A DNA stretch of 50,844 bases, from NCBI GenBank assembly GCA_938015355.1, contig CALLPS010000180.1, forward strand, positions 1 through 50,844, given 5' to 3'. The position numbers and the translations under genes were made by a program. This stretch comes from an uncultured Pleurocapsa sp. (GTDB taxonomy: Bacteria; Cyanobacteriota; Cyanobacteriia; Cyanobacteriales; Xenococcaceae). Positions 17,311 to 28,027 of this stretch are shown piece after piece (position 1 is the first letter of the stretch; each line of letters opens with the position of its first letter). The notes beneath the pieces are model-generated. The model had not been told where the DNA came from and ran no database searches. It saw only the letters and a list, made by a program, of their open reading frames with translations.

Positions 17311-17393
17311 AAAGGGAAAGGGGAAAAGGGAAAGGGGAAAAGGGAAAGGGGAAAAGGGAAAGGGGAAAAGGGAAAGGGGAAAGGGGAAAAGGG
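17311..17393. repeat. Polypurine heptamer array (AAAGGGG/AAAAGGG alternating), about 12 units
   Basis: Read directly; lies inside a region bounded by imperfect inverted ends TAGCAGTTC (17244) and GTACGGCTA (17466). Confidence 0.9.
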
Positions 17394-17510
17394 TAATTTG
17401 TTTCTTCCTGACATTACGAAACGAGCAGATAGCTAAACTTTGTCCTAATCTAACTTTGTACGGCTATAGTCACCGCCTTTGACTGACGGTGATTTATGTT
17501 TTCAGCAGAA

Positions 17511-18686
17511 TCATTTTATAGATTTTAAAGTGCTGTTTGATGGTGGAAAAACGTTATTGATTGGTTTAATTATTTGGCTAGTTTGAATCTGCTGCTCTAA
17601 TTGCTCAGTAGTAGAAACTAAATTGCCTAGTCCATTAACCAAATTACGAACATTTTCCAGAAAGTTAGGGTCTCCTGTAATTGCCTCCAGATCAGAAGTG
17701 ATTTTTTGAGCATTGTCAAAGGTTACCTTGGCTGAATCTAGAGTTTGTTGCAAACTAACTAAATTCTTTTCACTACCAAAGCTTTCGGTGATGCTTTTCA
17801 GGTTTTCTGAAGCAACAGTAGCATTAGTGGTCAGCTCTTCCAAGTTACCAGCTAGTTGTTCAACATCAACATTATCGACAGTTGTGTCTAATTTAGCGAC
17901 TAGGTTTTGTAAGCGATCGCTAGTAGTGCTGATACTATCTAAAGTAGTGCTCAAATTCGTCTCATTCTGAGCAATTAATTCCTCAACGTTACCCGTTAAC
18001 TTATTAATTTGGGCGGCAGTGGTTTTAAATGCTTCGGCAGTAGCAACTAATTCACCAGAAGTCTTGGTCACCTCTTGCTTGAGTTCATCTAATACTACAG
18101 AAGTATTTTTAGATAATTGAGCAATTTCGTCGGCAGCAACGGTAGCACTGGTAAAAGTTGAATCTACTTGGGCAACAAATTCTGGTTCTCCATAAGCTTT
18201 GCTAAAGCGATAGGTAAAAGGGAGCAAATCATCCAGGGTAATTCCTTTTTCTCCCTGGAGACGAGCATTATCACAAATAATTTGTTCTGAATCACAGTTA
18301 GAGCCAACTGGATTCATATTAGCGACTTCGGCGGGTAATGCCGATTTAGGAATAATCTCAATAAAAGTTTCGCCGATCAAACCTGCACTTCTGGCTTTTA
18401 AGACTGCATCTCTGGGAATCAGCAACTTTGTAGAATCAATTTCAAGAACAACATCTACTCCATTAGTACCAGGTTGAATATTATCTACTCTACCTACCTG
18501 CAATCCTCGATAGCGTACTCCATCTCCTAATTGAATTCCATTAACATCAGGAAAATCGGCAATAATTTTATAACTCTTGGCACCAAATTTGATACCTTTA
18601 ATCCAGAGAGCCAAGCCCCCAAAAACTAAGATGCCAAATATAATTAGCAAACCAACTGATCCTTCTCTTAGGGTACGCGATCGCAT
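17511..18686 (-). CDS. mlaD: MlaD/MCE family protein (TGD2-like)
   Basis: MRSRTLREGSVGL TM start, GDGVRYRGLQVGRV, GLIGETFIEI, long helical tail. Confidence 0.9.
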   Translation of the reverse strand: MRSRTLREGSVGLLIIFGILVFGGLALWIKGIKFGAKSYKIIADFPDVNGIQLGDGVRYRGLQVGRVDNIQPGTNGVDVVLEIDSTKLLIPRDAVLKARSAGLIGETFIEIIPKSALPAEVANMNPVGSNCDSEQIICDNARLQGEKGITLDDLLPFTYRFSKAYGEPEFVAQVDSTFTSATVAADEIAQLSKNTSVVLDELKQEVTKTSGELVATAEAFKTTAAQINKLTGNVEELIAQNETNLSTTLDSISTTSDRLQNLVAKLDTTVDNVDVEQLAGNLEELTTNATVASENLKSITESFGSEKNLVSLQQTLDSAKVTFDNAQKITSDLEAITGDPNFLENVRNLVNGLGNLVSTTEQLEQQIQTSQIIKPINNVFPPSNSTLKSIK

Positions 18687-18732
18687 AACACTCCTCTCAA
18701 TCTACTTCTCTAGTTTAATTAATTACAATTGA

Positions 18733-19554
18733 TTAGGCGACGCGAATGGGACCTTCAACACTACCACTAAAGAACTGCTGTACTAAGGGATTGTCGGTGG
18801 TATCAATGTCTTCGACAGTGCCCGTCCACTGCACCTTGCCGCCATACAAAAAGATAATGCGATCGGCTGTACGGCGAATCGTACTATGTTGGTGACTAAC
18901 CATAATATAAGTACCACAACCCAGTTTGGTACATTGTAAATCCCGCACTAAATTCTCAATGACGGTGGAGGCGATGGGATCTAAGCCAGCGGTAGGTTCA
19001 TCATACATGACGATTTCTGGTCTACTTTTGGGGTTTTCGGGATTAAAGATAATTGAGCGAGCAAAGCTAACTCGTTTCCGCATTCCTCCAGATAACTCCG
19101 AGGGGTAGCGGTTATTTGTTCCCGATAACCCTACCATTTCTAGACGATCATCGACTAATTCTTGGATTTTACTACGACTAAGATTTGAGTGTTGATAGAG
19201 TAAAAATCCCACATTTTGCTCTACGGTTAAAGAGTCAAATAATGCTGCCTGTTGAAATACCATACTGATGCCAATGGGATCACTTTGGTCTTCAATTAAA
19301 CCTTTACGTCTTTGACCATTGATATAGATTGCTCCCTCATCAATGGGCATTAACCCTGCAATCATCCGTAAGATAGTGGATTTACCTGTACCCGAAGGTC
19401 CAATGATGACTAATGCTTCTCCTCGGTCTATCTTCAGATTAACTCGATCCAGAATTACATTGCTACCAAAAGCTTTGCTAACTCCCCGAAGCTCAATCAA
19501 AGGCACCTTCTGGTCGCTTTCAGTCGCCTTTGGAATTTCTGTGGTTACTGCCAT
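18733..19554 (-). CDS. mlaF: MlaF/TGD3-like ABC ATPase
   Basis: GPSGTGKS, LSGGMRKRVSFAR, YDEPTAGLDP; adjacent to mlaD. Confidence 0.88.
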   Translation of the reverse strand: MAVTTEIPKATESDQKVPLIELRGVSKAFGSNVILDRVNLKIDRGEALVIIGPSGTGKSTILRMIAGLMPIDEGAIYINGQRRKGLIEDQSDPIGISMVFQQAALFDSLTVEQNVGFLLYQHSNLSRSKIQELVDDRLEMVGLSGTNNRYPSELSGGMRKRVSFARSIIFNPENPKSRPEIVMYDEPTAGLDPIASTVIENLVRDLQCTKLGCGTYIMVSHQHSTIRRTADRIIFLYGGKVQWTGTVEDIDTTDNPLVQQFFSGSVEGPIRVA

Positions 19555-19856
19555 AAGCTCAAAGTTTATCGACTATTGACTATGCTATTATACCCACCCA
19601 GTTTAGCGAAAATGTTCTTGAAGTCTAAGCACTTATTATACTTAGAGCTCAGGGAATGACGATCAGTAGAAAATGATCTTAAAAACCCTGAGCTCAAATG
19701 TAAAGTCGATAACCGAAAAAGTTTTTTTTCTTCTTATAAATTTATTTAAACTAAAGCTCAATCAAGAGCAACTTAACTAGAAATAGACTAGATTTTTCTT
19801 AATGTTTACTATTAACTACTACCAAATAACTTTAAGCTGGTGTATCACTTTTTCAA

Positions 19857-19890
19857 AATGTTCTAACTACAATGTTCTAACTACAATGTT
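19857..19890. repeat. 14-bp tandem duplication AATGTTCTAACTAC x2 plus partial copy
   Basis: Read directly. Confidence 0.8.
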
Positions 19891-19944
19891 TCCCAGAGAA
19901 ACATGCTACTTTAGATAGTAGAATTATTTTGAGTTTATGACCTG

Positions 19945-20742
19945 TTAGACACCAGGTTGATCTTCCAATTGCGAGCGGTCAAAATCACTGTCAGTCATAG
20001 CTTCAGTTAACTTCTGGGTTGCTATATCTTCAGCAAATAATCCATCATAAGTCCATCCTGCTAGAATCCCTCCTAAAATTGGAGCAAGCCAAAATAACCA
20101 TAATTGAGACACAAGTTCTTTCCCTGCCCAAAAAGCAACCCCAGTACTACGAGCAGGATTTACGGAAGTATTAGTAATAGGAATACTAATTAGGTGGATT
20201 AAAGTTAACATTAATCCGATCGCAATGGGGGCAAATCCAGCAGGGGCACGTAAATCAGTTGCTCCTAAAATAACTAATAGAAACATAAAAGTCATAACGA
20301 TTTCTGTAATTAAACAGGTGAGAAAGGAATATCCTCCAGGAGAATGAGCTCCAAAACCGTTGGTTGCCAAAGGATTAGATCCCTCCAGGCTAAAGGCAGA
20401 ATTACCGCTAGCAATCAAGTAAATAAAACCCCCAGCCATAATTGCTCCGATAACTTGGGCGATAATATAGGGGAGCAAATCCTTGCCTGAAAATCGTTTT
20501 CCTGCCCACAGACCAAACGAAACGGCAGGATTAAGATGACAACCAGAAATATGACCAATAGCATAAGCCATAGTTAGGACAGTCAAGCCAAAAGCAAGAG
20601 ATACTCCAACAAATCCCAGACCAATATTGAACCGTCCAATATCATTGTCACTCCCAGTATAGACGGCAGCTAGGACAGCACTACCACAGCCACCAAGAAC
20701 TAACCAGAAGGTTCCAATTAATTCTGCAATATATTTTTTCAT
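19945..20742 (-). CDS. aqpZ: Aquaporin Z
   Basis: [10 protein letters not shown] and [12 protein letters not shown] boxes. Confidence 0.95.
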   Translation of the reverse strand: MKKYIAELIGTFWLVLGGCGSAVLAAVYTGSDNDIGRFNIGLGFVGVSLAFGLTVLTMAYAIGHISGCHLNPAVSFGLWAGKRFSGKDLLPYIIAQVIGAIMAGGFIYLIASGNSAFSLEGSNPLATNGFGAHSPGGYSFLTCLITEIVMTFMFLLVILGATDLRAPAGFAPIAIGLMLTLIHLISIPITNTSVNPARSTGVAFWAGKELVSQLWLFWLAPILGGILAGWTYDGLFAEDIATQKLTEAMTDSDFDRSQLEDQPGV

Positions 20743-21034
20743 TATTCTGCTTTCTCAGTTTAATAAACAACAATACATAATGATGACATTGTTATTTCTA
20801 TTAAGAATCAGCATAATTATTGAAAAATTAAGTAATTTACTAAGCTATAATGCTGGTACTTAAAAATAGATTTCTTTTCCCTTACTTTTAAGCTTAAATA
20901 AATTTTTCTAAGTCTGTTTGATTTATAAAATTAGGTAGAAGTAATTAAGTTTTATTAGATTTACAACATGATTTGCTTCTTAATTCTATACAGTTTTTAC
21001 CCTGTACTTAGACTTTAGGCTATTGATTTAAATG

Positions 21035-22108
21035 TTACTCTTCTAGATCTAAGCCAAATACTCGCGCCACAGATTTTCCTACCTTGTAACCCGAATCAAT
21101 TGATTCTAAAGGATCTTTACGTAAGCGATGACGTAGACAGAGCACAATAACTCGGCGAATATCATCAATCGTTACTTCGGTACGTTCTTCAAAAGCAGCG
21201 ATCGCTTTTGCTGCGCGGTTAGTAACAATATCTCCTCGCAAACCATCAACGTCTAATTCGGAACATATTTCGGAAATTTTGACTCGTAAATCGTAATCAA
21301 TTGTTACCGATGGCAGGAGTTGCTGCGCCTTAACAATTTTTTCTTGCAAAGCATTTTGCTGCGAACTGTATTTATCACTAAAAGAGCTAGGATTACCATC
21401 AAAATCGGCTCTTTGCTCCACAATTTCGACTCGAAGATTCGGTTCTTTTACAGTATGAATCTCGGCATGCATCCCAAAGCGATCTAAAAGTTGGGGACGA
21501 AGCTCTCCTTCTTCAGGATTCCCTGACCCAACCATGACAAACTGAGCAGGGTGACGAATTGAAATACCTTCCCTTTCTACCGTATTCCAACCACCAGCAG
21601 CAGAATCTAATAGTACATCTACGAGGTGGTCATCTAGGAGGTTAACTTCATCTACGTAGAGAATACCACGGTTAGCTTTTGCCAATAATCCAGGCTCAAA
21701 GGCTTTAACCCCGTCAGACAGAGCTTTTTCAATATCAATCGTGCCACATACCCGATCTTCTGTCGCACCCAGAGGGAGATCAATCATCTGGACTTTCTTT
21801 TTCACAGTGTTGATCGTCTCTCCTTGTTCAAGCTTCTGCTTAACCTCATCACTCATGAGATCGGGATCTTCGGGATCACTATTAAAAGGATCTCCTTCCA
21901 CGACATCAATCTCAGGTAACAAATCAGCTAAAGCTCTGATGGTGGTTGACTTTCCTGTACCGCGATCGCCCATGATCATCACCCCACCAATCTTAGGATC
22001 GATTACGTTGAGCAAAAGAGCTAGTTTCATCTCTTCTTGTCCCACAATAGCCGTGAAGGGGAAAACCTGGCGACGAGTTTTAGCAGGTGATTGGAGGGTT
22101 GCAGTCAT
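21035..22108 (-). CDS. chlI: Magnesium chelatase ATPase subunit I
   Basis: [47 protein letters not shown]. Confidence 0.97.
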   Translation of the reverse strand: MTATLQSPAKTRRQVFPFTAIVGQEEMKLALLLNVIDPKIGGVMIMGDRGTGKSTTIRALADLLPEIDVVEGDPFNSDPEDPDLMSDEVKQKLEQGETINTVKKKVQMIDLPLGATEDRVCGTIDIEKALSDGVKAFEPGLLAKANRGILYVDEVNLLDDHLVDVLLDSAAGGWNTVEREGISIRHPAQFVMVGSGNPEEGELRPQLLDRFGMHAEIHTVKEPNLRVEIVEQRADFDGNPSSFSDKYSSQQNALQEKIVKAQQLLPSVTIDYDLRVKISEICSELDVDGLRGDIVTNRAAKAIAAFEERTEVTIDDIRRVIVLCLRHRLRKDPLESIDSGYKVGKSVARVFGLDLEE

Positions 22109-22321
22109 ATTAATCTGGGTATATTGAACAAGTAGTCAATTAGCAAAGCTAACTGTTAATTTTTTATTGATAAACGTATTTTATTGTGCCACGTTTCAGG
22201 GTTTCTCAGCTATTGAGATTTTTATTTATTTCGCAACAAGTCTATATAAGTTATCAGTATATTTACTTGTCTTATGGGAGACTGAAATTTGTACTTAAAT
22301 TGACTAAGAGCGATCGCCAAT

Positions 22322-24055
22322 TTGAATTTTAAACCCCAAATTTACCCCAAGGTAGCTCAAGCAATAGTTAATATTTTTCGGAACTCAGGTATTGAATATG
22401 CCTTTGGCGTTTCGGGAGGAGCAATGGCAGTTCTCTGGGAAGCTTTGGGCAATAATTTAGAGGTACTGCATTTTCGCCATGAAAGCGGTGCAGCTTTTGC
22501 CGCCACAGAAGCTTATTTTGCTAGTCAAAAACCTGTAGTTGTCTTTACTACCACCGCCCCAGGAATTACCAATGCGCTAACAGGACTCCTGGCAGCTCGT
22601 GGGGAAAAGGCGAAACTTATCTTATTATCAGCTTATACCTCTGCTCCATTACGAGGACGAGGCGCAATTCAAGAAACGAGTAGCTATACTTTACCCACTT
22701 CGTTATTCATCAGCGGTAGTTTATTTGATGAGGCGGTAGTTATGGAAAGTCCCGATCAATTGCCTCAAATAGCCAGTCGTTTAGCGCGGGGGTTAGCTCA
22801 ACCTGGGGGATTTATCGCCCATTTAAGTATTCCTACTGAAATCCAAAGTAAAGTTTGTAAATTGCCTCTACCTCAGTTGTTAACTGCATCATCTGTTAGT
22901 TTACCCAGTCCTCAAACTATTGATTATTGCCTGGAATTATTACAGGAAAAAACTTTTGCTATTTGGCTGGGTTTTGGGGCACGAGGTTCTGCCCAGTTAG
23001 TTCACGAGTTAGCAGAAAAAACAGGAGCCGCAGTAATTTGTTCTCCTCGCGCTAAAGGAATTTTTCCTGAATCATATCCCCAATTTGTGGGAGTAACGGG
23101 AATGGGGGGACATGATGCCGTATTTGATTATTTGGAAGAGTGTGCGCCGTATCGTATTTTGGTTCTCGGAACTCGTTTGGCAGAACCAACTTCTTTTTTA
23201 AGTCCGTTATTAGTTCCCAGAGGGGGGTTTGTTCATGTCGATCTAGATCCCCTAGTGCCAGGAATGGCTTATCCTCACGCTCAAACTTTTGCCGTGGAAG
23301 CCGATATAAAAGAATTTTTGGCAAGTTTATTATCTCGTTTACCAGCAAATCCATCTCAAGATTCTCCTGAATTAAAGCGATCGCAATATCCCCATCCTGT
23401 CGCAGTCCAAACTTTAGCACCCAGGTCAGAAGGTTTGATTAGACCGCAATTTTTAATGCAGTCAATCCAGAAAATTATTGTTGAAGATACTAATTCCATA
23501 GTTTTAGCCGAGTCGGGTAATTCTTTTACCTGGGCTACTCATTATCTCCGTTTTCAAACCCCTAACCGCTATCGAGTCAGTACAGGGGTGGGTTCTATGG
23601 GTCATGCCGTTACTGGGGTGATAGGTGCCGCCTTAGCCAGCCAAAACAAAGCAGTGGCAATTGTTGGCGACGGGGCAATGTTAATGAACTCAGAAGTTAA
23701 TACCGCTGTTAAATACCAAATTCCTGCTGTTTGGATTGTGTTGAATGATGGACGTTACAATATGTGTCATCAGGGAATGGAAACTCTAGGACTCACAGGA
23801 GGAGATGCTATCTTTCCTCAAGTTAATTTTGCCCTGTTAGCTCGATCAATGGGGGCTGACGGAATTCAAATTGAACGAGAAGACGATCTGGCGATCGCTT
23901 TACAAAAAGCTCTCAACTCCCCCAAACCATTTATTATTGATGTTTTCATCGACCCTAATATAGTTGCCCCATCGGGAGGTCGCAATCGAACCCTAAAAAC
24001 TCAGATGTCCTCAAAGCAATCTGATCAAGACATTTCTTTTCCTGCAATCTCTTAG
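22322..24055 (+). CDS. scyA: ScyA-like thiamine-diphosphate acyloin synthase
   Basis: FGVSGG, HFRHESGAAFAATEAYFAS, GDGAMLMN..LND ThDP motif; adjacent to a ScyC-like gene. Confidence 0.75.
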   Translation: MNFKPQIYPKVAQAIVNIFRNSGIEYAFGVSGGAMAVLWEALGNNLEVLHFRHESGAAFAATEAYFASQKPVVVFTTTAPGITNALTGLLAARGEKAKLILLSAYTSAPLRGRGAIQETSSYTLPTSLFISGSLFDEAVVMESPDQLPQIASRLARGLAQPGGFIAHLSIPTEIQSKVCKLPLPQLLTASSVSLPSPQTIDYCLELLQEKTFAIWLGFGARGSAQLVHELAEKTGAAVICSPRAKGIFPESYPQFVGVTGMGGHDAVFDYLEECAPYRILVLGTRLAEPTSFLSPLLVPRGGFVHVDLDPLVPGMAYPHAQTFAVEADIKEFLASLLSRLPANPSQDSPELKRSQYPHPVAVQTLAPRSEGLIRPQFLMQSIQKIIVEDTNSIVLAESGNSFTWATHYLRFQTPNRYRVSTGVGSMGHAVTGVIGAALASQNKAVAIVGDGAMLMNSEVNTAVKYQIPAVWIVLNDGRYNMCHQGMETLGLTGGDAIFPQVNFALLARSMGADGIQIEREDDLAIALQKALNSPKPFIIDVFIDPNIVAPSGGRNRTLKTQMSSKQSDQDISFPAIS

Positions 24056-24107
24056 CTTTATTTACTTAATTGAATTAGCTCAAATAGCCTTCGAATCGTA
24101 GTTCTCT

Positions 24108-25064
24108 ATGGAAAAAAATACTTACGCCACATCAGCCTATATTGCCACTAGCCCCGAAGCAGCATTTAACTATCTTTCTCAACTAGAAAATTTGAATCAA
24201 TGGACTCTAGGTAGTCGTATGCTTAAACGAGTTGATGAGAATACCTGGTTGGGGACAGCATCGGGCTATCAACACAATCTGTACTATCATCTTCGTAAAA
24301 TTGAAAACCCTAATTTCTATGGGATTGAATGGCACTGTGGATTTGAGTATGACAAATATTTTCAAGTTTATCCCGTACTTTTATTTCCACCTGACTACAT
24401 TGAACCTAATAGTGAGGAAGCGGGAATATATTTTCATTGGTTGAGTTTTGTCAATCCTGCTTTGCAGACTCCTATGATTATGAAGGGAATTCACACTGTA
24501 CATACAGCCGAGTGTCGCTCTCTCAAAGCTATTTTGGAACTTCAAGCTGGCTACGCTCAAGTCCAACGGGGTAACTATCACATTCAAACTAGCAGTATTT
24601 ATGTTGATGCTCCTCTAAAAATAGCCGTAGATTATCTGGGAGATTTGCGTAATTTAGGTGAATGGGGTTTCTTTATTCAACCTCAAGGAGAAATTAATGC
24701 CAATACTGGAGAATTCATTGATGAATACGGTCAAACGGTAGAAGTAAAATCGCGAACTCTATCTCTAAACAAATATTATTTAATTGAGTTTGATTTCTTT
24801 TACCCTCAATTTAATTTTCTGCAGCGCAGCCCCATGTTACTAATACCTAGTTCCTATGCTTTTGGCGATGCTTCCGCCTCAGGTTTTATTCAACATCGTA
24901 TTACCTTTTGGCACAGTAAAGAAACTTATTCTCATGGCAAGTTACAAATCGAAGATTATGGTGCAGAAAGTATGAGTCTTAAACGATTACTAGAAAATAA
25001 AGCAGGTAATTTAGATTCTTTTAATTTAGGAATGAGCTATCTTGCTCAAGAAGATAATGTTTAG
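24108..25064 (+). CDS. scyC: Scytonemin cyclase/decarboxylase ScyC-like protein
   Basis: MEKNTYATSAYIATSPE, WLGTASGY, GIEWHCG, HRITFW, IEDYGAES match my recollection of Nostoc ScyC. Confidence 0.8.
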   Translation: MEKNTYATSAYIATSPEAAFNYLSQLENLNQWTLGSRMLKRVDENTWLGTASGYQHNLYYHLRKIENPNFYGIEWHCGFEYDKYFQVYPVLLFPPDYIEPNSEEAGIYFHWLSFVNPALQTPMIMKGIHTVHTAECRSLKAILELQAGYAQVQRGNYHIQTSSIYVDAPLKIAVDYLGDLRNLGEWGFFIQPQGEINANTGEFIDEYGQTVEVKSRTLSLNKYYLIEFDFFYPQFNFLQRSPMLLIPSSYAFGDASASGFIQHRITFWHSKETYSHGKLQIEDYGAESMSLKRLLENKAGNLDSFNLGMSYLAQEDNV

Positions 25065-25120
25065 AATTATTAAAATAATTCTTTTAAGAGCATCCCACTT
25101 TTTTTGTTTCTTAGGAATAA

Positions 25121-25564
25121 TTAATGCATTGAAGAATGATCTTTTTCCCAATCAGGACAGGTATTTTCCTCTACACCATAAGGATGCATAGCACAGACGA
25201 ATAAATTACCGTTATAGATGTGTCCATGATAGTTAGCACAATTAATACAGGCACCATGACTGTGAGCAACAGGCTGATGGTAGCTCATGGTAGTGAAATC
25301 TTCGTCGCTAAAATACTCCCAGTCTTCCGATATGGCAGCATCAATTTCTTCACTGGTGGTGATTATTACGTCTACTAGCTCTTGAATAAAGGTGTCAACT
25401 TCACCAAAAACATCTAAGTGAAACTGTTCGAGGAAAGAACTGATATTCTCGCTTGCTTCATCTACCACAACCTCGGTTGCCTCTCCCACCTCAGTAAAAA
25501 AATCTTCTACCTCAGTTGCGGTTTTTTCTAAGTTTTTCCACCATTGGTCATGCCAATCATTCAT
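25121..25564 (-). CDS. Conserved cyanobacterial protein with Cys/His-rich C-terminus
   Basis: Acidic N-terminus; ACINCANYHG...VCAMHPYG...CPDWE. Confidence 0.75.
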   Translation of the reverse strand: MNDWHDQWWKNLEKTATEVEDFFTEVGEATEVVVDEASENISSFLEQFHLDVFGEVDTFIQELVDVIITTSEEIDAAISEDWEYFSDEDFTTMSYHQPVAHSHGACINCANYHGHIYNGNLFVCAMHPYGVEENTCPDWEKDHSSMH

Positions 25565-25620
25565 AATTAACCCTGTTGACAGTCATCACTTGTTTGAATA
25601 GTTTATTATCTTATATTTCT

Positions 25621-26019
25621 CTATATTTCTCTCTTCAGACGGCGTAACTCTTCTTGAAGAGACTGAACTTGTTGACGTAGATCCTCACTATTGCTCTGTT
25701 TTGGCTCAGATTTTGATGGTTCAGTCTTACCCTGTGCTGTGGGTTCGTCTTCATCCACAATCTCAATACGACGAGGCTCTTTTTCACCTGATTTACTATT
25801 ACCTGCCACAACCCCTTGTTGAGCCTGTTCTACTAAATCATCCACAAATTTACGAGCTTCCTCTGTACTCATTTCTCCTCTTTCAGCCATTTCCTCTGCC
25901 AGCTTTTGTGCCTGAATTGTTAAATCCTTTACCGTATCATTGGCTTTTTCCTGAGCATAGGAAGCAAAACCAACTCCCATGTAAAAAGCTTTTTTGGCAA
26001 TATCTTCAAAATTAGCCAT
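25621..26019 (-). CDS. Phasin/granule-associated family protein
   Basis: KAFYMGVGFAS, ERGEMSTEEARKFVDDL; GGAGA RBS before ATG 26019. Confidence 0.75.
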   Translation of the reverse strand: MANFEDIAKKAFYMGVGFASYAQEKANDTVKDLTIQAQKLAEEMAERGEMSTEEARKFVDDLVEQAQQGVVAGNSKSGEKEPRRIEIVDEDEPTAQGKTEPSKSEPKQSNSEDLRQQVQSLQEELRRLKREI

Positions 26020-26057
26020 CTGTCTTTCTCCTGATCGCACTATGATATGGTCTATTG

Positions 26058-26678
26058 TTAGTTTATATCATTGATTTGTGTAGCTAAAATTAACAATGCA
26101 TTTAAGATTGATGCGGCTGCGGGGGAACCCCCTTTTCGTCCCTCAATGATGATTTGCGGTATTTCTAATTTGGCTAAGGCTTGCTTGGACTCAATCACAG
26201 AGACAAAGCCCACAGGAACACCAATAACTAATTCTGGTTTGATTTCAGACTTAGATATTTGTTCTGCTAGTGTTAATAGTGCTGTGGGGGCATTACCAAT
26301 AATATAGATTGCCTGGGGGTATTGTGACCAACATCGAAGCAAGCCTGTTTCAGTGCGAGTTTTCCCTGAATCAGCAACTTCAGCTTGCTCAATAGCGCTA
26401 ATAATTGGGTTATTAAAAGTTTTAGCAACTAAACTGAGAATGCCCTGTTTAACCATGGTTACGTCTGTCACAATCGGCATTCCCTGCTTTAGACTAGAGA
26501 TTCCTGCATCGATCGCCCCAGGGCTAAATTTTAACAGCTTTAGATACTCAAAGTCTGCTGTAGCATGAATTACTCGCCGTGCGATCGCATATTCTTGAGG
26601 ATTAAGATTATGTTCTCCTACCTCACGATCAATAATCGCAAAACTCTGCTCAACAATTGGATGGTTTAATTTGCTCAA
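26058..26678 (-). CDS. cobH: Precorrin-8X methylmutase
   Basis: RRVIHATADF, IGNAPTAL, GVPVGFV, GRKGGSPAA. Confidence 0.93.
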   Translation of the reverse strand: MSKLNHPIVEQSFAIIDREVGEHNLNPQEYAIARRVIHATADFEYLKLLKFSPGAIDAGISSLKQGMPIVTDVTMVKQGILSLVAKTFNNPIISAIEQAEVADSGKTRTETGLLRCWSQYPQAIYIIGNAPTALLTLAEQISKSEIKPELVIGVPVGFVSVIESKQALAKLEIPQIIIEGRKGGSPAAASILNALLILATQINDIN

Positions 26679-26749
26679 TTAATAATTAATTAGGAACTCA
26701 TAACTTTTCAACGAAGCTGATTCATACAAGGCGTAATTAATGATAATAA

Positions 26750-27523
26750 CTAGCCAAAGTTGACTATCGCCCAATCTGCTTCGCGATTATATTTAACCAT
26801 GTCTTCAAATTTACGCAACTGCGCCTGTTTAATTGTAAATTTAGTTAGTTCACTCTCTACTAGGCGATCATTGATTTGTGATAGTGTAATACAAAGGCGA
26901 TCGCGGTTTAAACCTTCAGGGATTTGATCAAAATATCCGAGAGTGATATGAGCCGTTAAGTCATATTGCTGCTCAATACCTAAAGCAATTAATCCTGAGT
27001 TTTGATAAAGGGCGCGACGTAATTTTATTACTGCCTGGTAACTAGCCTGATCTTTTGGTACTAAACAAGCCATAATCGCTCTTGGTCTAGTGATTACCCC
27101 CCATAATTGCCAAGTAAGAGGCTCATTAATAGCATCCGACTGATAATCTTGAAAACTAGCGGCGGTTTGTCGTTGTAATTCTTGGTCAAAATCAGGGTTA
27201 GCGGCAACTACTTGACGATAGCTTTCATCCCAAATTAAGTCAGCTAAGGTGAAATGGAAACTTGCTGGGGGTAAAGGAATAAAAAATTCTGTCCCCAACT
27301 GCTGAAATAATTGCTGTTGTAATGTTTCCACCTGTTGATAAAAGTCTTTGTTGGCACTATCTTCTCCTGCTAGGGGCGTGATTATGCTGTATCCAGGAAA
27401 TGAGACTGGTTTGCCATCAACAAATTTGGGCGAGTGCTGAATGCTCTGTAGTTGCATGGCACAAGCGCTCGGCAGGGTTAACCTCGCAACTCGATTGATA
27501 TATTCTTGATATGATTCGTCCAA
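26750..27523 (-). CDS. DUF1868 / 2H phosphoesterase-like protein
   Basis: FPGYSII plus two H-x-T motifs (FHFTLADL, AHITLGYF). Confidence 0.8.
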   Translation of the reverse strand: MDESYQEYINRVARLTLPSACAMQLQSIQHSPKFVDGKPVSFPGYSIITPLAGEDSANKDFYQQVETLQQQLFQQLGTEFFIPLPPASFHFTLADLIWDESYRQVVAANPDFDQELQRQTAASFQDYQSDAINEPLTWQLWGVITRPRAIMACLVPKDQASYQAVIKLRRALYQNSGLIALGIEQQYDLTAHITLGYFDQIPEGLNRDRLCITLSQINDRLVESELTKFTIKQAQLRKFEDMVKYNREADWAIVNFG

Positions 27524-27788
27524 TCTAACTTACCTCTGATTCAATTGAACTCAATTAATAACACGACATTTGCCATTAAATTGAGTCCCTTGTCTTTATT
27601 GTGCCGTTTATCCGAGAGAATTTCATCTAAAGTTTTGCTTCTAAGATTTGAGTTGTTGCTCGCCGATGCTCTTAATATTTTAAATATTCTTCAAGAAATT
27701 TAAGTAATTGCCAAAGAAAAACATCGCCATATTTGACGATGTGGAGGAAATAGTGATGAATTAATTAATTAATTAGGCTGGCTAAAAG

Positions 27789-27884
27789 TTAAATAATATT
27801 TGCTTTACGTAGACCAAGAAACAAACCTGAAGCAAGACCTGTATACAAACCGATGATTAATAAAAATGCGATCGCGCCACCCAT
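27789..27884 (-). CDS. petL: Cytochrome b6f subunit VI, 31 aa (not in ORF track)
   Basis: MGGAIAFLLIIGLYTGLASGLFLGLRKANII*: single TM helix ending in GLR-x-A-x-I-I; AAAGGAG RBS. Confidence 0.85.
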   Translation of the reverse strand: MGGAIAFLLIIGLYTGLASGLFLGLRKANII

Positions 27885-28027
27885 TAGAAGCTCTCCTTTT
27901 GGTATTTTAAAAATTTTATTGTTAATTGCTATATTACCTGATTGCCAGAAACTCTGAACAAGGGAAAATTTTTTTTGAACCTCCCATCGGCAAACCTTTT
28001 GATTAAATATTTTTTCTCTTTATGAAT

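Noticed and set aside
5615-17393. CRISPR interpretation of the tandem repeats at 5615, 7297 and 17311
   Set aside because: Units are 7-8 bp, contiguous, without spacers; no cas genes in the window.
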